Shown here: one piece after another, positions 25,832 through 34,479 of the stretch | Position numbering within the stretch: the stretch's first letter is position 1 | Layout: each line of letters opens with the position of its first letter | NCBI GenBank assembly: GCA_947057405.1 | Contig: CAMSEJ010000001.1 | Span: forward strand, 1-39,690 | DNA from: an uncultured Roseburia sp. | GTDB lineage: Bacteria > Bacillota > Clostridia > Lachnospirales > Lachnospiraceae | Length of the DNA: 39,690 nt | Direction: 5' to 3' | Position numbers and translations under genes: made by a program | Notes under the pieces: model-generated | Databases searched by the model: none | Seen by the model: only the letters and a program-made list of their open reading frames with translations | What the model was told of the DNA's origin: nothing

Positions 25832-27739
25832 ATGGGAAATTTTTCAGAACTGGATATGTATTTGTTTGGGCAGGCGACACATTATGACATTTACAAAAAG
25901 CTGGGAGCGCATCCGCAGACCCGTAAAAAGAAAAAAGGAATCTGCTTTGCCGTTTATGCACCGCATGCGCAGAAAGTATTCGTAATCGGCGAATTTAACG
26001 ACTGGGACGAAACGTCGCACGAGCTAAAGCGGTTAGACCCGGAGTCGGCCGGAATCTACGAGCTGTTTGTCCCCGGCCTTGGAACAGGCAGCCTTTACAA
26101 ATATCTGATCGAAACACCGGACGGACGGAAGCTTTACAAATCCGATCCGTATGCCAACTTTGCGGAAATGCGTCCCGGGACGGCATCCCGCATTGTAGAT
26201 ATTGACAATTTTAAATGGTCCGACGAAGCGTGGATGAAAAAACGCCGGGAATGCGAAACCATGGACGAACAGCCCATGAGTATTTACGAAGTTCATCCCG
26301 GCTCCTGGATGCGGCATCCCGGTTACGAGGAGGACACCGGATTTTACACCTACCGCCAGCTGGCAAAATCACTGACCGAATATGTCAGGGAAATGGGCTA
26401 TACGCATGTAGAGCTGATGGGTATTGCCGAATATCCGTTTGACGGCTCCTGGGGCTACCAGGTAACCGGCTACTATGCGCCAACCTCCCGTTACGGAACG
26501 CCGGAGGACTTTGCCTGGATGGTAAATTACTTCCACAAACACAACATCGGCGTTATTTTAGACTGGGTACCCGCACATTTCCCGCGGGATGCACACGGTC
26601 TGGCAGAGTTTGACGGGCAAGCATTGTACGAATATGCCGATCCGAGAATGGGAGAACACCCCGATTGGGGCACCAAGATTTTTGACTACGGCAACAACCA
26701 GGTCAAAAACTTCCTGATCGGCAGCGCCCTGATGTGGGTGGAGCACTACCATGTAGACGGCCTGCGGGTAGACGCGGTCGCTTCCATGCTCTATCTGGAT
26801 TACGGCAAGCAGGACGGCCAGTGGGTTGCCAACAAATACGGCGAGAACAAAAACTTAGAGGCCATTGAATTTTTCCGTCATATCAACACCTTAATTACCG
26901 GGCGCAACAAAGGCGCCGTCATGATTGCGGAGGAATCCACCGCATGGCCGATGGTAACCGGTCCGGCACAGGAGGGCGGCTTAAACTTCTCACTGAAATG
27001 GAACATGGGCTGGATGCACGATTTTTTGGATTACATGAAGCTGGATCCGTATTTCCGGAAAGACAACCACAACCGCATGACCTTTGCCATGTCCTACAAC
27101 GCCAGTGAAAAATACATCCTGGTCCTGTCACACGACGAAGTGGTGCATTTAAAATGCTCCATGTTAAATAAAATGCCGGGCTTAGGAGAGGACAAATTCT
27201 CGAATCTAAAAGTGGCATATGCTTTTATGATGGGCCATCCGGGCAAAAAGCTGCTGTTTATGGGACAGGAATTTGCCCAGGATCGGGAATGGAGCGAAAA
27301 AACGGAGCTTGAGTGGTATCTGCTTGACAATCCCAGCCACAAACACGTACAGGAATTTGTCAAAGAGCTTCTGCACATGTACAAAAAATACCCGGCAATG
27401 CATGAACTGGATCACAGCTGGGAAGGCTTTGAGTGGATCAACGCCAACGATGCCGAACGCAGCATTTTCAGTTTTATCCGCAAAAGCAAGGACGGGAAAA
27501 ACTGCCTGCTGTTTGTCTGCAACTTTACCCCGGTAGCGCGCGAGGATTACCGGATAGGCGTACCGGAGCGAAAAGTATACCGGCTGATCTTTAACAGCGA
27601 CGACGCACGGTTCGGCGGAACCGGAGAAACCCGCCCGGTCAGCTATCGGGCAAAAAAACAGGAATGTGACGGAAAGCCCTATTCATTCGCTTATCCGCTG
27701 CCGGGATATGGCGTGTCTGTGTTTAAATTTTCTTATTAA
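25832..27739 (+). CDS. glgB: 1,4-alpha-glucan branching enzyme
   Basis: GSWGYQ, DWVPAHF, DGLRVDAVASM, MIAEES, LSHDEVVH, HPGKKLLFMG. Confidence 0.96.
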   Translation: MGNFSELDMYLFGQATHYDIYKKLGAHPQTRKKKKGICFAVYAPHAQKVFVIGEFNDWDETSHELKRLDPESAGIYELFVPGLGTGSLYKYLIETPDGRKLYKSDPYANFAEMRPGTASRIVDIDNFKWSDEAWMKKRRECETMDEQPMSIYEVHPGSWMRHPGYEEDTGFYTYRQLAKSLTEYVREMGYTHVELMGIAEYPFDGSWGYQVTGYYAPTSRYGTPEDFAWMVNYFHKHNIGVILDWVPAHFPRDAHGLAEFDGQALYEYADPRMGEHPDWGTKIFDYGNNQVKNFLIGSALMWVEHYHVDGLRVDAVASMLYLDYGKQDGQWVANKYGENKNLEAIEFFRHINTLITGRNKGAVMIAEESTAWPMVTGPAQEGGLNFSLKWNMGWMHDFLDYMKLDPYFRKDNHNRMTFAMSYNASEKYILVLSHDEVVHLKCSMLNKMPGLGEDKFSNLKVAYAFMMGHPGKKLLFMGQEFAQDREWSEKTELEWYLLDNPSHKHVQEFVKELLHMYKKYPAMHELDHSWEGFEWINANDAERSIFSFIRKSKDGKNCLLFVCNFTPVAREDYRIGVPERKVYRLIFNSDDARFGGTGETRPVSYRAKKQECDGKPYSFAYPLPGYGVSVFKFSY

Positions 27740-27759
27740 TATGACGTATGCGTAGCAGA

Positions 27760-27790
27760 AATGCCTTTCCCGGATGCCGGGGAAGGCATT
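27760..27790. terminator. Terminator hairpin between convergent glgB and histidine kinase
   Basis: AATGCCTTTCCCGG-ATG-CCGGGGAAGGCATT inverted repeat. Confidence 0.75.
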
Positions 27791-27798
27791 CTTGTCGT

Positions 27799-29250
27799 TT
27801 ATCCTCTGCCGGCATCATTCAAAAAACGCAGCGTCACCTCAAATATTTCCTCCTCCGTCCGCAGCTGCAGAACACCGTTCATCCGTTCCATCATTTTGCC
27901 CGCGCTTTTCAATCCGATCTGCGTGCTTTCTGCCGCACCATACCCAAACAAAGTTCCGTCGGGCTTCTTTGCGTCAGGATCCGGAATCCTGTTTTTTACC
28001 ACAATCGTAAAATCCTCCGCCGCCGAAGCCGAAATAAACACGGCTTCTTTTTTATCCGCATATTTAATAATATTGGAGAACAGATTATTAAACACACGCT
28101 TTACCATTGTCTCGTCTGCCAACGCTTCCATGCAGCAGCCGTCTTCCCCGTCAGGCTCCAAAAGTGACAGCTGTGTCTGAAATCCCGCCAGCCGCAGAAA
28201 ATCCGCATGTTCCCGCAGACTGTCCAGAAAAAACGGAATCGGCATTTGTTTCAGCCGCGTCTCATTTGCAAAATCTGCCGCTTCGTCAAACACCAGGGCA
28301 TATTCAAACATCCGGTCCGTCATTTCCTTCAGATCGTCCGCCTTTGCCATGCAGCGGCCAATGTACTCTGCCTGCAGGTCAGGGTTGTGTCCCAGCTGCA
28401 GGATTTCCAGATAGCCCTTTAATATGGTCAGCGGCGTGCGCAGATCATGGGAAAGCGCGGCAATCAGCTCCCGGTTAGACTGATGCACCTTTTGCTCCCG
28501 GCCAAAATTTTCATGCAGCGTAGCGCGGAGCTTGTCGAGCTCCAGTGCGAGAATGCCGATCTCGTCAAAGCCGGCGCCCGCCACAGGCGTAATCAAATCG
28601 CCCGACGACATCTGTAAGACCGCCTGCTCCAGCCGCACAATGGTTTTCATCTTCTTTCCGACGAAAAACAGCAGTACAAACAGAAACAAAAACACGCAGA
28701 CAAACAGACAAACCACGGCATATGGGACAATGAAAAAAGAGCTGTGGTAAAACGTAACCATGACCGTCGCATAGCCGTTTTTAAATTCAACTGCCCGTTC
28801 GAAGCGCTGGTCAACGTCCTCGTCCACCCAGCGGTATGTCAGCTGAAAAAACGTGTTGAACGGTTCCTCCCAGAGTATGGTTTCCGGAAAATAGCCTGCC
28901 CGGTACAGCCCGTCCTCCAGGCCGTAAACGGAAATGCCGGTATAATCGTCTGCCACGGCAAAAAACGATTCTAAGGCATCCACCGCCTCTTTGTCATCCT
29001 CCGACTCCGGAACGTCGTATTTTTTCGCTTCCCTGCTCAGTTTCCCCCAGAAGTTGTTATCTTGCATCGGAAACAGGCGCAGATTAGAAGGCAGGTTTTC
29101 CGCCAGTAAATAATACGCCCTCCATTTATTATGCCAGAGGGTTCGGAACAATGTCAGGCAGCAAATACCCGTAACCAAAACCAGCAGGAAAAGCCTGGTA
29201 CGGATTTTCATATGGGCGGCGTGTTCCCGCAGCGCTTTTATTTTACTCAA
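27799..29250 (-). CDS. Sensor histidine kinase (2 TM, HAMP)
   Basis: Two TM segments; HAMP DEIGILA; SHDLRTPLT; NLFSNIIKYA; STQIGL. Overlaps the regulator's end. Confidence 0.93.
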   Translation of the reverse strand: MSKIKALREHAAHMKIRTRLFLLVLVTGICCLTLFRTLWHNKWRAYYLLAENLPSNLRLFPMQDNNFWGKLSREAKKYDVPESEDDKEAVDALESFFAVADDYTGISVYGLEDGLYRAGYFPETILWEEPFNTFFQLTYRWVDEDVDQRFERAVEFKNGYATVMVTFYHSSFFIVPYAVVCLFVCVFLFLFVLLFFVGKKMKTIVRLEQAVLQMSSGDLITPVAGAGFDEIGILALELDKLRATLHENFGREQKVHQSNRELIAALSHDLRTPLTILKGYLEILQLGHNPDLQAEYIGRCMAKADDLKEMTDRMFEYALVFDEAADFANETRLKQMPIPFFLDSLREHADFLRLAGFQTQLSLLEPDGEDGCCMEALADETMVKRVFNNLFSNIIKYADKKEAVFISASAAEDFTIVVKNRIPDPDAKKPDGTLFGYGAAESTQIGLKSAGKMMERMNGVLQLRTEEEIFEVTLRFLNDAGRG

Positions 29251-29959
29251 AATGATACCCCTTCCCCCAGGCGGTTTTGATAAAGACCGGATTTTTCGGG
29301 TCTTTTTCTATTTTCTGGCGTAAATTACGGATATGTACCATAACGGTATTATTCGCGCCGTAATACCAGGGTTCGTCCCAAATGGCTTCATACAGCCGCT
29401 GCGCAGAAAAAATTTGGCTGCGGTTTGACGCAAGCAGCCGGAGCATTTCGTATTCGGTCCCTGTCAGCTCCACCTTTTTTCCGTCCAGAAAAACCTCCTC
29501 CTGTTCCAGATCCAGAGTCAGCCCGCGAAAGGAAAGCTGTTTTGCGGCAGACGCCCCTGTCTGTGTCCCTTTTCCCTGATAAACATGATACCGCCTAATC
29601 AGAGCCTTCGCACGCCCGATCAGCTCCGGGTACGAAAACGGTTTTTCGAGGTAATCATCCCCGCCGCTGGAAAAGCCGAGGATCTTGTCGCTGTCTGTCG
29701 TGCGCGCGCTTAAAAAGAGAATCGGAGCGTTGCTGATCTCACGGATGGCCTGACAGGTTTCATATCCGTTTAATCCGGGCATCATGACGTCAAGGATAAT
29801 CAGGTCAAATTCCTGTCTGCCGATTTCGGCAAGGGCCGTGCTCCCGTCTTTTACTTCCGTGACGGCAAACCCCTCTCCTGACAGAAGTATTTTTATGATT
29901 TCGCGGATCTCCGGATTGTCGTCCGCAATTAAGATATGCGGCGTATTCTCTTCTATCAT
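29243..29959 (-). CDS. OmpR/PhoB-family response regulator
   Basis: Start MIEENT at 29959 with SD AGGAG; ILIADD, LDVMMP, GGDDYLEKPF, AWGKGY. Confidence 0.95.
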   Translation of the reverse strand: MIEENTPHILIADDNPEIREIIKILLSGEGFAVTEVKDGSTALAEIGRQEFDLIILDVMMPGLNGYETCQAIREISNAPILFLSARTTDSDKILGFSSGGDDYLEKPFSYPELIGRAKALIRRYHVYQGKGTQTGASAAKQLSFRGLTLDLEQEEVFLDGKKVELTGTEYEMLRLLASNRSQIFSAQRLYEAIWDEPWYYGANNTVMVHIRNLRQKIEKDPKNPVFIKTAWGKGYHFE

Positions 29960-30004
29960 ATGTTTTCTCCTTTTATGTTTGGTATCCTCATTTATTATAC
30001 AGGA

Positions 30005-30080
30005 TTTAAGAAAAAATAGAAATTTCTTTAGAAACCTTAAGAAATACTTTATGGGATTCCTAAGAACCAGGGGATATGAT
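30005..30080 (+). promoter_or_regulatory. Direct-repeat response-regulator binding region plus the -10 box of yfhO
   Basis: TTTAAG (30005), CTTTAG (30026), CTTAAG (30036), TTTATG-N5-CCTAAG (30048-30064), then 10 bp, then TATGAT (30075). Confidence 0.65.
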
Positions 30081-30107
30081 AAATACAGAAAAAGGAGGCA
30101 TATACTT

Positions 30108-32663
30108 ATGAAAACCAAAATGAAACCATACGTTTTTCTGACTGTTCTTTCTCTGCTTGCAATATGGTTTTTTGTCACCCGGTTTGCTCCTTTTGCGACA
30201 AACGGGGACTGGAGTACCCAGCACAGCGTGATTCCGGAACAGTTCCGCCAGCAGTTCTACGAGACAGGACAGCTGTTTCCCGAATTTACAGCAAATCTCG
30301 GAGGCGGACAGAATATCTACCATTATTCCTATTACGGGCTGTTTAACCCGGTCCTGCTGCCGTCCTACCTGCTTCCGTTCGTAAAAATGAGTGATTATCT
30401 GATGGCGGCCTGCATTGTCTGCCTTGTGGCATCGGTGCTTCTGATGTATTACTGGCTCGGGACGCACGGCTTTTCCGGACAGGTCCGGCTGGCGGCTGCA
30501 ATACTGTTCCTTCTGGCCGCGCCGATGATTTACCACTCCCACCGCCAGATTATGTTTGTCGATTATATGCCGTTTTTGTGCCTGGCGTTTATCGGCGTAG
30601 ATCGGTACTGGAAAACCCGAAAACCCGCCCTGTATGTCGGGGGTGTCTTCCTTATGATCATGACCAGTTTTTATTTTTCCATTGCAGGATTATTCGCCCT
30701 GTGCCTGTACGGCTTTGGACGATGTGAGCAGGAGCAAAACAAAAGCCGGGTCTTTGGCTTTATCCTCCCGACTGCGGCCGCGGTGTGTATGGCAGGAATT
30801 TTGCTGGTTCCTACGGCTTACGCATTGTCTGCAAGAAGCGGCGTATCCCAAAAGTTTTCTCTTGCGTCGCTGCTTCTGCCCGATTTATCCATAGAGCGGT
30901 TTGCATACAGCGGATACGGAATCGGACTTACGGCGGCAGCCCTTGCCGTGCCGGTTCTTGGTCTTGCCTGCAAAAAGCTTACGGTGCGGTTCTTATCCGG
31001 CGGATGCCTTGCCGTCATCCTGATTCCGTTTTTTTCCTGGATTTTAAACGGCGGGCTGTATGCCAGGGGCAAATCCCTGATCCCGTTTTTGCCGGTCTTA
31101 TGCTATCTGACCGCGGTGTGCCTGGAAGGTATCCGACAAAAGGCAGTTTCTGACCGAATGTGTCTGACGGGTTATCTGGCGGCGGCAGCCTTTTGCGCAG
31201 GCTCCTTTTACTTCTGCGGGAACGCCAAACTGACCTGGCAGTATAAAGCGGTTTTTGCAGAGCTTTTGCTGCTGGCGGTGTTTTTTCTCCTGTATCGGAA
31301 AATAAAGCTCTGTCTGCTGCTGGCGGTCCCGTCTGTCCTCTGCCTGGTCTTTGCGGGGATCCTGTTAAATCAGCAGCATGTACTGGATGCAGATTTTTAC
31401 CGGGAGATTACAGACCGTTCCTGGGGCGATAAGATTTCCGCCGTACTGCAGGAAGAGCCCGGACTGTTCCGGCTGGAGCAAAACGGCAGCTACGACGAAA
31501 ACAAGGCAAATATCAACCGTACCTGGGACACCCGGCAATGGTCTGTTTCCTCGTACTCTTCCTCTTATCCGGAAAGCTATAAACGGTTCCGGGAAACGGT
31601 ATTTCAGACAGAGCAGCCGTCACGGAACTGCCTGATGCAGACCGTATCACAAAATCCGCTGTTTCAGAAATTTATGGGGATCAAATACCTGGTCAGCCGG
31701 GACTTTGGCCAACCGGAAGGAAAACAATTCTCTGTCTTGCGGCAGGAACACACGGCTCCAATCATTTATGCGACGGATCAGGTCATTGCAGAGGATACAT
31801 ACCGCCAAATGGCATTCCCGTACAACCAGACGACCCTGATGCAATACGCGGTTGCCGGAGACGGCAGGCAAACGGAGGAAGGCGAAATCACGGCATCACT
31901 GCCCGCCGTGCGGCAAACGGATATCCGCATTCCAAAAAGCGATGCGGTCAGCCAAACCGGAAACGGCTACGACATACAGACAAAAGCAACTGCAGCATCG
32001 CCGCTGTTTATCACGGAACGGGAAAAGCAGACCGGGCAGGAGCAGATTTTTTTCCTGCAGTTTGATGTCAAAAACCACAAAAAAAGCCGGGATGTCATCA
32101 TCGAAATTGCAGGAATCCGCAACAATTTAAGCGCAGAGGACCATGTATATTACACCGGAAACACAACCTTCACCTGCGTCGTAAAACTGGAAAAACAGCA
32201 GAATCAAGTCGATGTGCTGTTTCACAGCGGTTCGTATTCGATTACGAATATCAGGGGTTTTCTGACTGACGCGTCTCTTTTGCAGCAGGACAGCCTGTAC
32301 CAGTCACAGTTTCTGCCGGACCGGGCATCTACAAAGGGAAACCGGATCTGTGGAGAGATTACCGCCAAAAGCAACGGATACCTGATTACGTCCATTCCGT
32401 TTGACTCCGGCTTTGAAATCCGAATTGACGGCAGGCGTATGGAAACGGAACCGGTCAATACGGCATTCCTCGGCACAAAGATACCCGCTGGCAGCCACAG
32501 GGTTGAAATCACCTACCATGCACCGGGAGCGGTCCTCGGAAAGACCGTCTCCGCACTGGGCATCGTCCTCTGGGCATTTGCGGAAGCCCTGGCCAGAAAA
32601 AAACCAAAAGAAAAATGCACCCTCGTACCATCCGATGCAATCGGATTACGAGAGTACATTTAA
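30108..32663 (+). CDS. YfhO-family membrane glycosyltransferase (GT-C, cell-envelope glycopolymer modification)
   Basis: Start MKTKMK with SD AGGAGG; DWSTQH, LGGGQN, SYYGL, multiple TMs and C-terminal SIPFDSGF...IDG...GSHRVEITY. Confidence 0.85.
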   Translation: MKTKMKPYVFLTVLSLLAIWFFVTRFAPFATNGDWSTQHSVIPEQFRQQFYETGQLFPEFTANLGGGQNIYHYSYYGLFNPVLLPSYLLPFVKMSDYLMAACIVCLVASVLLMYYWLGTHGFSGQVRLAAAILFLLAAPMIYHSHRQIMFVDYMPFLCLAFIGVDRYWKTRKPALYVGGVFLMIMTSFYFSIAGLFALCLYGFGRCEQEQNKSRVFGFILPTAAAVCMAGILLVPTAYALSARSGVSQKFSLASLLLPDLSIERFAYSGYGIGLTAAALAVPVLGLACKKLTVRFLSGGCLAVILIPFFSWILNGGLYARGKSLIPFLPVLCYLTAVCLEGIRQKAVSDRMCLTGYLAAAAFCAGSFYFCGNAKLTWQYKAVFAELLLLAVFFLLYRKIKLCLLLAVPSVLCLVFAGILLNQQHVLDADFYREITDRSWGDKISAVLQEEPGLFRLEQNGSYDENKANINRTWDTRQWSVSSYSSSYPESYKRFRETVFQTEQPSRNCLMQTVSQNPLFQKFMGIKYLVSRDFGQPEGKQFSVLRQEHTAPIIYATDQVIAEDTYRQMAFPYNQTTLMQYAVAGDGRQTEEGEITASLPAVRQTDIRIPKSDAVSQTGNGYDIQTKATAASPLFITEREKQTGQEQIFFLQFDVKNHKKSRDVIIEIAGIRNNLSAEDHVYYTGNTTFTCVVKLEKQQNQVDVLFHSGSYSITNIRGFLTDASLLQQDSLYQSQFLPDRASTKGNRICGEITAKSNGYLITSIPFDSGFEIRIDGRRMETEPVNTAFLGTKIPAGSHRVEITYHAPGAVLGKTVSALGIVLWAFAEALARKKPKEKCTLVPSDAIGLREYI

Positions 32664-32666
32664 ACC

Positions 32667-34409
32667 TTACATATTCGCCAGCAGCGCCGCGATTTCTTCC
32701 GGCGTCATCACATGCCCGGGATCCGACAGATCCGGCATCGGCTGTGTTTCTTCTGCCGCCGATGCCGCTTCTTCCGGTTCGCCGGGTTCTCCCAGCAACG
32801 CTGCGATTTCTTCCGGCGTCATTACTTTTTCCGAACCGATTCGCTCCGGCGGTATTTCCGGTATGACGACCGGCTCGGACGTGCTCTGAGCGTCATTCAT
32901 GCCGGCTTCCGGTAACTTAGCCGCATCCGGCAATCCCAAGCTTTCCTGCAGTTCATCGGATTCTTTCTCCGGCGCCGCCTCTGCTGCCGCGGGTTCTTCC
33001 GATACCGTTTTGGCATCCGGCTCCCCGTCGGGTTCCGGCATCAGCAGATGTTCCGGTATTTCATACGATTCCTCCGTTTCCGGCAGATCCATACCTTCCG
33101 GTATCTCAAACGACTCCGCCGCTGCTTCCGGAGCACTTACGGTGCCGAACAGATCCATGCCCTCCGGTATTTCATACGACTCTGCCGCTGCTTCCGGAGC
33201 ACTTACGGCACTGAATAAATCCATGCCCTCCGGTATCTCAAACGGTTCTTCCGCTGCCGCTTCATCGGACATTGCGGATTCCGGCGGCATTTCGGTACCT
33301 GCCTCTTCGGCCATCAGCAAATGCTCCGGTATTTCATACGATTCTTCGGCATCCTGCCGTACATCCGACAGAATTCCTTCTCCCGGCATTTCAAACGCAC
33401 CGGGTATATCCGCGAGATTCGGTTCCGTTCCCGCTTCCGGCTGCCCGGACACATCCGAAGCATCTGCCGCGGTTTTTTCGTCCGGCAGATCTAAATTCAC
33501 AGATTCCATCAGTGCGCCTGCTTCACCGAGAAGCAAATCGAGCTCCTCCGCCGACATCTTCTGTTCTTCCTGCACCGCCGAAGGAATTTCGTCAATTTTC
33601 GATTCCATATGTACTTCCAGCTCGGAGATCTCATCCTTAACCGAAGCCTCAATCCGGGCAAGATAATCCAAAATTTCCTGCTGCCGATCCGCTGCAGGCT
33701 CCCTGCCGAATTCCCGCTCCATAGCTTCCCCGATCTGACCCAGAGAATCTAAAATTTCCTGCTGCCGATCCGGTACCCCCGTATTTGCCATGCCCGTTTT
33801 CAGCATATCCTCCATCCGGGCAAGCGCATCTAAAACCTCGTCCTGCCTGTTTTCGGATTGTCCTCCTGCCAAAGCTGCCGGAGCCGCCGCTGCCGCGGCA
33901 TTCAGCGCCTCGATCTGACTGCCAATTTCCGCAAACTTCTGTTCAAACGATTCCAGGTGCTCAATCAGCTTCTCATTTGATGCCACGACAACATCAAAGT
34001 TTTCCTTATTCTTCTGAATCGTTACCCTGCCCACGGCCTTCTGCGCGGAAAGCACCTCTTCCAGCGGGAAGGAAAGCTCTTCCCCCAGTTCGTCCAGAAG
34101 CTCTTCCAGCTTCGTGAACCCTTGCTTGACCGTAATATAAGAAACCTTCTGCGCCTTATAGAGACTCTCAAAGTCCTTATCCAAAACACCTTCCTGTTCC
34201 CTGTGAATTTTAAAAGAGAGGTCCATCGTCCAGTACACAAAGCACAGTATCGCCAGACCCACCAAACCCAAAAACAGGTAGCTGTCGGAAAAATTGATCA
34301 TCAGATACAATTCCACAACAGACAGCACCACCAGAAATAAAATGCCGACGGTCAGCTTTACCCTTGTATTGGTCGGTTTCTTTTCCTTTAACTCTTTGTC
34401 TTTTTCCAT
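32667..34409 (-). CDS. Hypothetical membrane-anchored acidic protein (2 N-terminal TM, coiled coil, repeats)
   Basis: 580-aa ORF; two hydrophobic helices; E/P/A-rich repeats; twin C-terminal VMTPEEIAALL motif. Confidence 0.8.
   Translation of the reverse strand: MEKDKELKEKKPTNTRVKLTVGILFLVVLSVVELYLMINFSDSYLFLGLVGLAILCFVYWTMDLSFKIHREQEGVLDKDFESLYKAQKVSYITVKQGFTKLEELLDELGEELSFPLEEVLSAQKAVGRVTIQKNKENFDVVVASNEKLIEHLESFEQKFAEIGSQIEALNAAAAAAPAALAGGQSENRQDEVLDALARMEDMLKTGMANTGVPDRQQEILDSLGQIGEAMEREFGREPAADRQQEILDYLARIEASVKDEISELEVHMESKIDEIPSAVQEEQKMSAEELDLLLGEAGALMESVNLDLPDEKTAADASDVSGQPEAGTEPNLADIPGAFEMPGEGILSDVRQDAEESYEIPEHLLMAEEAGTEMPPESAMSDEAAAEEPFEIPEGMDLFSAVSAPEAAAESYEIPEGMDLFGTVSAPEAAAESFEIPEGMDLPETEESYEIPEHLLMPEPDGEPDAKTVSEEPAAAEAAPEKESDELQESLGLPDAAKLPEAGMNDAQSTSEPVVIPEIPPERIGSEKVMTPEEIAALLGEPGEPEEAASAAEETQPMPDLSDPGHVMTPEEIAALLANM
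33040..33345 (-). repeat. 66-bp (22-aa) tandem repeat and E(S/P)(Y/F)EIPE motifs
   Basis: EIPEGMDLF(S/G)xVSAPEAAAES(Y/F) repeated; DNA gccgctgcttccggagcacttacgg at about 33118 and 33184; ESYEIPEHLLM occurs twice. Confidence 0.85.
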
Positions 34410-34479
34410 TTTGCCCCATCCTTTTTGCCTGTTTCTGCTCCAGTCCTTATTTTACCACAAAAAATGTAATTTAGGAATA

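Noticed and set aside
29784-30178. Overlapping extended starts of the response regulator and yfhO
   Set aside because: SD-supported starts are at 29959 and 30108, leaving a 148-bp regulatory gap.
32899-33666. 255-aa Ser-rich ORF on the plus strand
   Set aside because: Antisense mirror of the Glu-rich repeats of the minus-strand gene.
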